Below, one piece after another: positions 56,031 through 64,000 of a DNA stretch of 64,000 nt (its first letter is position 1; every line of letters begins with the position of its first letter). The stretch lies in the NCBI GenBank assembly GCA_965203295.1, contig CBDBCZ010000016.1, positions 96,001 through 160,000 of the forward strand. The letters run 5' to 3'. Source of the DNA: Nitrospirales bacterium (GTDB taxonomy: Bacteria; Nitrospirota; Nitrospiria; Nitrospirales; UBA8639). The notes under the pieces were generated by a model. That model had not been told where the DNA came from, searched no databases, and saw only the letters and a list, made by a program, of their open reading frames with translations. The position numbers and the translations under genes are program-made.

Positions 56031-59000
56031 TTAAGGAAGATAAGGTAAGCTTAGTACAATTTTAGAGTTGTTGGTCTAGTGCTAACACTCTCATCAAAAG
56101 AAACTACATACTCTGACTGTCTTTTTAGCCTTGGGTTAGAATGTGTTTAAGATTTAAAAGCTCATTTAGTTTGGCTGGTGCTAGTTGGGCAAATACAATA
56201 CAGGCTTAGGATGATAGGGTAAGATTAGAAAAATTTCAGAGTTCTTGGTCTCACACTAACACTCATCAAAAGAAACTAGATACCATTTTTCTGACTTGCT
56301 TTATTAGCCTAGGATTACAATTTTGTTCAAGATTTATAAGCTCATTTAGTTTGGTTAGTTTTAGTTGGTCAAATACAATACAGGCTTAAGAAGATAGAAA
56401 TACAGAGGTATAAAGACCAACCCATAAAAACAGAAAAATAGGTAAACTCACCTGTTTAATTGTAGCTTCTGTCTGAATATGTTCCTTCAGGTTAATTTTC
56501 TTCACTGGATATTCTACATATTTAGGAGAAATAGCTGTCATTATAATTGTAGGGTTTGGACACACCAGTATAAGTAGTATGATTAGTCCAATTTCACTGT
56601 TCTTGGTCTCAAACTAACTCGCATAAATAGAAACTACATACCAATTCTCTGACTCTCTTTTTAGCCTAGGGTTAGAATGTGTTCAAGATTTAAAAGCTCA
56701 TTTAGTTTGGCTGGTGTTAGTTGGGCAAATACAATACAAGCTTTAGAAAGTTAAGGTAAGATTAGTACAATTTCAGAGTTGTTGGTCTCACACTAACACT
56801 CTCATCAAAAGAAACTACATACCATTTCTCTGACTCTCTTTATTAGCCTAGGGTTAGAATGTGTTCAAGATTTAAAAGCTCATTTAGTTTGGCTGGTGTC
56901 AGTTGGTCAAATACAATACTGGCTTAGGAAGATAGGGAAAGTTTAACAAAATTTCAGTGTTCTTGGTCTCACACTAACACTCTCATCAAAAGAACTAGAT
57001 ACCATTTTTCTGACTTGCTTCATTAGCCTAGGATTACAATGTGTTCAAGATTTAAAAGATCACTTAGTTTGGTTAGTGTTAGTTGGTCAAATACAATACA
57101 GGCTTAGGAAGATAAAAATACAGAGGCATAAAGACCAACCTGTAAAAAAACAGAAAAATAGGTAAACTCACCTGTTGAATTGTAGCTTCTGTCTGAATAT
57201 GTTCCTTCAGGTTAATTTTCTTCACTGGATATTCTACATATTTAGGAGAAATAGTTGTCAATATAATTGTAGGGTTTGGACACATCAGTATATGTAGTAA
57301 GACTAGTTCAATTTAACTGTTCTTGGTCTCAAAATAACTGTCATAAAAAGAAACTACATACCAATTCTCTGACACTCTTTTTAGCCTAGGGTTAGAATGT
57401 GTTCTAGATTTAAAAGCTCATTTAGTATGGCTGGTGTTAGTTGGTTAAATACAATACAGGCTTAAGGAAGATAAGGTAAGATTAGTACAATTTCAGAGTT
57501 GTTGGTCTCACACTAACACTCTCATCAAAAGAAACTAGATACCATTGTTCTGACTTGCTTCATTAGCTGAGGATTACAATGTGTTCAAGATTTAAAAGTT
57601 CATTTAGTTTGGTTAGTTTTAGTTGGTCAAATACAATAAAGGCTTAAGAAGATAGTAATACAGAGGCATAAAGACAAACCTGTAAAAAAAAATAAAAATA
57701 GGTAAACTCACCTGTTGAATTGTAGCTTCTGTCTGAATATGTTCCTTCAGGTTAATTTTCTTCACTGGATATAAAAGTTCATTTAGTTTGGTTAGTGTTA
57801 GTTGGTCAAATACAATCTAGAAATACATATTTAGGAGAAATAGTTGTCAATATAATTGTAGGGTTTGGACACACCAGTATAAGTAGTAAGAGTAGTCCAA
57901 TTTCACTGTTCTTGGTCTCACACTAAATCTCATAAAAAGGAACTATACATACCATTTCTCTGACTCTATTAGCCTAGGGTTAGAATGTGTTCAAGATTTA
58001 AAAGCTCATTTATATTAGTTTCGCTGGTGTTAGATGGTCAAATACAATACAGTCTTAGGAAAATAGGGAAAGATTAGCAAAATTTCAGTGTTCTTGGTCT
58101 CACACTAACTCTCATAAAAAGAAACTACATACAATTTCTCTGACTTTCTTTATTAGCCTAGGGTTATAATGTGTTCAAGATTTAAAAGTTCATTTAGTTT
58201 GGTTAGTGTTAGTTGGTCAAATACAATACAGGCTTAAGAAGATAGAAATACAGAGGCATAAAGACCAACCTATAAAAAACAGAAAAATAGGTAAACTCAC
58301 CTGTTGAATTGTAGCTTCTGTCAGAATATGTTCCTTCAGGTTAATTTTCTTCACTGGATATTCTACATATTTAGGAGAAATAGTTGTCAATATAATTGTA
58401 GGGTTTGGACACACCAGTATAAGTAGTAAGATTAGTTCAATTTAACTGTTCTTGGTCTCACACTAACTCTCATAAAAAGAAACTACATACAATTTCTCTG
58501 ACTTTCTTTATTAGCCTAGGGTTATAATGTGTTCAAGATTTAAAAGTTCATTTAGTTTGGTTAGTGTTAGTTGGTCAAATACAATACAGGCTTAAGAAGA
58601 TAGAAATACAGAGGCATAAAGACCAACCTATAAAAAACAGAAAAATAGGTAAACTCACCTGTTGAATTGTAGCTTCTGTCAGAATATGTTCCTTCAGGTT
58701 AATTTTCTTCACTGGATATTCTACATATTTAGGAGAAATAGTTGTCAATATAATTGTAGGGTTTGGACACACCAGTATAAGTAGTAAGATTAGTTCAATT
58801 TAACTGTTCTTGGTCTCTCACTAACTCTCATAAAAAGAAACTACATAAAATTTCTCTGACTCTCTTTATTAGCCTAGGGTTAGAATGTGTTCAAGATTTA
58901 AAAGCTTATTTAGTTTGGCTGGTGTTAGTTGGTCATATACAATACAGGCTTAAGGAAGATATGGTAAGCTTAGTACAATTTCAGAGTTGTTGGTCTCACA

Positions 59001-62000
59001 CTAACAATCTCATCAAAAGAAACTACATACCAATTCTCTGACTCTCTTTTTAGCCTAGGGTTAGAATGTGTTCAAGATTTTAAAGCTCATTTAGTTTGGC
59101 TGGTGTTAGTTAGTCAAATACAATACAGGCTTAGGAAGATAGGGAAAGATTAGCAAAATTTCAGTGTTCTTGGTCTCACACTAACACTCTCATCAAAAGA
59201 AACTAGATACCATTGTTCTGGCTTGCTTCATTAGGCTAGGATTACAATGTGTTCAAGATTTAAAAGTTCATTTAGTTTAGTTTGGTTACTGTTAGTTGGT
59301 CAAATACGATTAAGGCTTAAGAAGATTGAAATACAGAGGCATAAAGACCAACCTGTAAAAAACAGAAAAATAGGTAAACTCACCTGTAGAATTGTAACTT
59401 CTGTCTGAATAGGTTCCTTCAGGTTAATTTTCTTCACTGGATATTCTACATATTTAGGAGAAATAGTTGTCAATATAATTGTAGGGTTTGGACACACCAG
59501 TATAAGTAGTAAGATTAGTTCAATTTCATTGTTCTTGGTCTCTCACTAACTCTCATAAAAAGAAACTGCATACCATTTCTCTGACTCTCTTTATTAGCCT
59601 AGGGTTAGAATGTGTTGAAGATTTAAAAGCTCATTTAGTACGGCTGGTGTTAGTTGGTAAAATACAATACAGGCTTAAGGAAGATAAGGTAAGCTTAGTA
59701 CAATTTTAGAGTTGTTGGTCTCACACTAACACTCTCATCAAAAGAAACTAGATACCAATTCTCTGACTCTCTTTATTAGCCTAGGGTTAGAATGTGTTCA
59801 AGATTTAAAAGCTCATTTAGTTTGGCTGGTGCTAGTTGGGCAAATATAATACAGGCTTAGGATGATAGGGTAAAGTTAGCAAAATTTCAGTGTTATTGGT
59901 CTCACACTAACACTCTCATCAAAAGAAACTAGATACCATTGTTCTGACTTGCTTCATTAGCCTAAAATTACAATGTGTTCAAGATTTAAAAGCTCATTTA
60001 GTTTGGTTAGTTTTAGTTGGACAAATACAATACAGGCTTAAGAAGATAGAAATACAGAGGTATAAAGACCAACCCATAAAAACAGAAAAATAGGTAAACT
60101 CACCTGTTGAACTGTAGCTTCTGTCTGAATATATTCCTTCAGGTTAATTTTCTTCACTGGATATTGTAAATATTTAGGAGAAATAGCTGTCAATATAATA
60201 GTAGGGTTTGGACACACCAGTATAAGTAGTAAGATTAGTCCAATTTCACTGTTCTTGGTCTCAAACTAACTCTCATAAAAAGAAACTACATACAATTTCA
60301 CTGACTCTCTTTATTAGCCTAGGTTAGAATGTGTTCAAGATTTAAAAGCTCATTTAGTTTGGTTAGTTTTAGTTGGTCAAATACAATACAGGCTTAAGAA
60401 GATAAGGTAAGCATAGTACAATTTTAGAGTTGTTGGTCTCACACTAACACTCTCATCAAAAGAAACTAGATACCATTGTTCTGACTTGCTTCATTAGCCT
60501 AGGATTACAATGTGCTCAAGATTTAAAAGCTCATTTAGTTTGGTTAGTTTTAGTTGGTCAAATAAAATACAGGCTTAAGAAGATAGGAATACAGAGGTTT
60601 AAAGACCAACCCATAAAAACAGAAAAATAGGTAAACTCACATGTTGAATTGTAGCTTCTGTCTGAATATGTTCTTTCAGGTTAATTTTCTTCACTGGATA
60701 TTCTACATATTTAGGAGAAATAGCTGTCAATATAATTACAGGGTTTGGACACACAAGTATAAGTAGTAAGATTAGTCCAATTTCACTGTTCTTGGTCTAA
60801 AACTAACTCTCATAAAAAAAAACTACATACAATTTCTCTGACTTTCTTTATTAGCTTAGGGTTAGAATGTGTTCAAGATTTAAAAGTTCATTTAGTTTGG
60901 TTAGTGTTAGTTGGTCAAATACAATAAAGGCTTAAGAAGATAGAAATACAGAGGTATAAAGACCAATCCATAAAAGCAGAAAAATATGTAAACTCACCTG
61001 TTTAATTGTAGCTTCCGTCTGAATATGTTCCTTCAGGATAATTTTCTTCACTGGATATTCTACATATTTAGGAGAAATAGTTGTCAATATAATTGTAGGG
61101 TTTGGACACACCAGTATAAGTAGTAAGAGTAGTCCAATTTCACTGTTCTTGGTCTCACACTAAATCTCATAAAAAGGAACTATACATACCATTTCTCTGA
61201 CTCTATTAGCCTAGGGTTAGAATGTGTTCAAGATTTAAAAGCTCATTTATATTAGTTTCGATGGTGTTAGATGGTCAAATACAATACAGTCTTAGAAAAA
61301 TAGGGAAAGATTAGCAAAATTTCAGTGTTCTTGGTCTCACACTAACTCTCATAAAAAGAAACTACATACAATTTCTCTGACTTTCTTTATTAGCCTAGGG
61401 TTATAATGTGTTCAAGATTTAAAAGTTCATTTAGTTTGGTTAGTGTTAGTTGGTCAAATACAATACAAGCTTAAGAAGATAGAAATACAGAGGCATAAAG
61501 ACCAACCTATAAAAAACAGAAAAATAGGTAAACTCACCTGTTGAATTGTAGCTTCTGTCAGAATATGTTCCTTCAGGTTAATTTTCTTCACTGGATATTC
61601 TACATATTTAGGAGAAATAGTTGTCAATATAATTGTAGGGTTTGGACACACAAGTATAAGTAGTAAGATTAGTTCAATTTAACTGTTCTTGGTCTCACAC
61701 TAACTCTCATAAAAAGAAACTACATACAATTTCTCTGACTTTCTTTATTAGCCTAGGGTTATAATGTGTTCAAGATTTAAAAGTTCATTTAGTTTGGTTA
61801 GTGTTAGTTGGTCAAATACGATACAGGCTTAAGAAGATAGAAATACAGAGGCATAAAGACCAACCTATAAAAAACAGAAAAATAGGTAAACTCACCTGTT
61901 GAATTGTAGCTTCTGTCAGAATATGTTCCTTCAGGTTAATTTTCTTCACTGGATATTCTACATATTTAGGAGAAATAGTTGTCAATATAATTGTAGGGTT

Positions 62001-64000
62001 TGGACACACCAGTATAAGTAGTAAGATTAGTTCAATTTAACTGTTCTTGGTCTCTCACTAACTCTCATAAAAAGAAACTACTTACAATTTCTCTGACTCT
62101 CTTTATTAGCCTAGGGTTAGAATGTGTTCAAGATTTAAAAGCTTGTTTAGTTTGGCTGGTGTTAGTTGGTCATATACAATACAGGCTTAAGGAAGATATG
62201 GTAAGCTTAGTACAATTTCAGAGTTGTTGGTCTCACACTAACAATCTCATCAAAAGAAACTACATACCAATTCTCTGACTCTCTTTTTAGCCTAGGGTTA
62301 GAATGTGTTCAAGATTTAAAAGCTCATTTAGTTTGGCTGGTGTTAGTTGGTCAAATACAATACAGGCTTAGGAAGATAGGGAAAGATTAGCAAAATTTCA
62401 GTGTTCTTGGTCTCACACTAACACTCTCATCAAAAGAAACTAGATACCATTGTTCTGGCTTGCTTCATTAGGCTAGGATTACAATGAGTTCAAGATTTAA
62501 AAGTTCATTTAGTTTAGTTTGGTTAGTGTTAGTTGATCAAATACGATTAAGGCTTAAGAAGATAGAAATACAGAGGCATAAAGACCAACCAGTAAAAAAC
62601 AGAAAAATAGGTAAACTCACCTGTAGAATTGTAACTTCTGTCTGAATATGTTCCTTCAGGTTAATTTTCTTCACTGGATATTCTACATATTTAGGAGAAA
62701 TAGTTGTCAATATAATTGTAGGGTTTGGACACACCAGTATAAGTAGTAAGATTAGTTCAATTTCATTGTTCTTGGTCTCTCACTAACTCTCATAAAAAGA
62801 AACTGCATACCATTTCTCTGACTCTCTTTATTAGCCTAGGGTTAGAATGTGTTGAAGATTTAAAAGCTCATTTAGTACGGCTGGTGTTAGTTGGTAAAAT
62901 ACAATACAGGCTTAAGGAAGATAAGGTAAGCTTAGTACAATTTTAGAGTTGTTGGTCTCACACTAACACTCTCATCAAAAGAAACTAGATACCAATTCTC
63001 TGACTCTCTTTATTAGCCTAGGGTTAGAATGTGTTCAAGATTTAAAAGCTCATTTAGTTTGGCTGGTGCTAGTTGGGCAAATATAATACAGGCTTAGGAT
63101 GATAGGGTAAAATTAGCAAAATTTCAGTGTTATTGGTCTCACACTAACACTCACATCAAAAGAAACTAGATACCATTGTTCTGACTTGCTTCATTAGCCT
63201 AAAATTACAATGTGTTCAAGATTTAAAAGCTCATTTAGTTTCGCTGGTGTTAGTTGGTCAAATACAATACAGGCTTAGGAAGATAGGGAAAGATTAGCAA
63301 AATTTCAGTGTTCTTGGTCTCCCACTAACACTCACAAAAAGAAACTACATACAATTTCTCTGACTTTCTTTATTAGACTAGGGTTAGAATGTATTCAAGA
63401 TTTAATAGTTCATTTAGTTTGGTTAGTGTTAGTTGGTCAAATACAATACAGGCTTAAGAAGATAGAAATACAGAGGTATAAAGACCAATCCATAAAAACA
63501 GAAAAATATGTAAACTCACCTGTTGAATTGTAGCTTCTGTCTGAATATGTTCCTTCAGGATAATTTTCTTCACTGGATATTCTACATATTTAGGAGAAAT
63601 AGTTGTCAATATAATTGTAGGGTTTGGACACACCAGTATAAGTAGTAAGATTAGTCCAATTTCACTGTTCTTGGTCTCACACTAATTCTCATAAAAAGAA
63701 ACTATACATACCATTTCTCTGACTCTATTAGCCTAGGGTTAGAACGTGTTCAAGATTTAAAAGCTCATTTATATAAGTTTCGCTGGTGTTAGTTGGTCAA
63801 ATACAATACAGTCTTAGGAAAATAGGGAAAGATTAGAAAAATTTCAGTGTTCTTGGTCTCACACAAACTCTCATAAAAAGAAACTACATACAATTCCTCT
63901 GACTTTCTTTACTAGACTAGGGTTAGAATGTGTTCAAGATTTAAAAGTTCATTTAGTTTGGTTAGTGTTAGTTGGTCAAATACAATGCAGGCTTAAGAAG
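56031..64000 (-). repeat. Composite satellite, reverse arm (continues beyond the window)
   Basis: Reverse complement of the 43530-55427 units; ORF-track spacings of 358 bp and 3237 bp. Confidence 0.97.

Noticed and set aside
45850..62734. The many 60-91 aa ORFs (MCPNPTIILTTISPKYVEYP...) as a small-protein gene family
   Set aside because: They start at GTG/TTG inside satellite monomers and read through predicted splice sites. They reflect the repeat, not separate genes.
43530..64000. CTAACCCTA/TAGGGTTAG in many monomers as telomeric repeat
   Set aside because: Only about 1.5 units occur per monomer and they coincide with the predicted splice acceptor. There is no (TTAGGG)n tract.

Overview
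This is eukaryotic (animal, probably invertebrate) genomic DNA with short GT-AG introns and a very high repeat content. I found no intact protein-coding gene. Bases 1-19 kb hold decayed genes: a GH47 ER alpha-1,2-mannosidase (MAN1B1-like) exon with a nonsense codon, a multi-exon coiled-coil gene with many in-frame stops, a RecQ-helicase fragment, and an ADP-ribosylhydrolase (ADPRH/ARH1) copy that is nonsense-mutated and cut by a transposon. A truncated Gypsy LTR retrotransposon also lies here and keeps its tRNA-Leu PBS and -1 frameshift signal. Bases 19-43 kb are a patchwork of non-autonomous DNA elements and two tandem arrays (about 181 bp and 114 bp). The elements include Academ-type MITEs with 9-bp TSDs, Helentron-type HINEs, a CACTG-type end and a 6.4-kb TIR element. 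Three sequence-unrelated elements share one architecture: a long hairpin capped by a CGAAG loop, then short inverted repeats. Two of them show a 6-bp core at their junctions; one is nested in another and one forms a head-to-tail dimer and a palindrome. Bases 43.5-64 kb are a >20-kb satellite whose units are phase-compatible micro-exon/intron pairs. The array flips orientation exactly at a truncated piggyBac-like element. All family names come from recognising motifs by eye, not from database searches.
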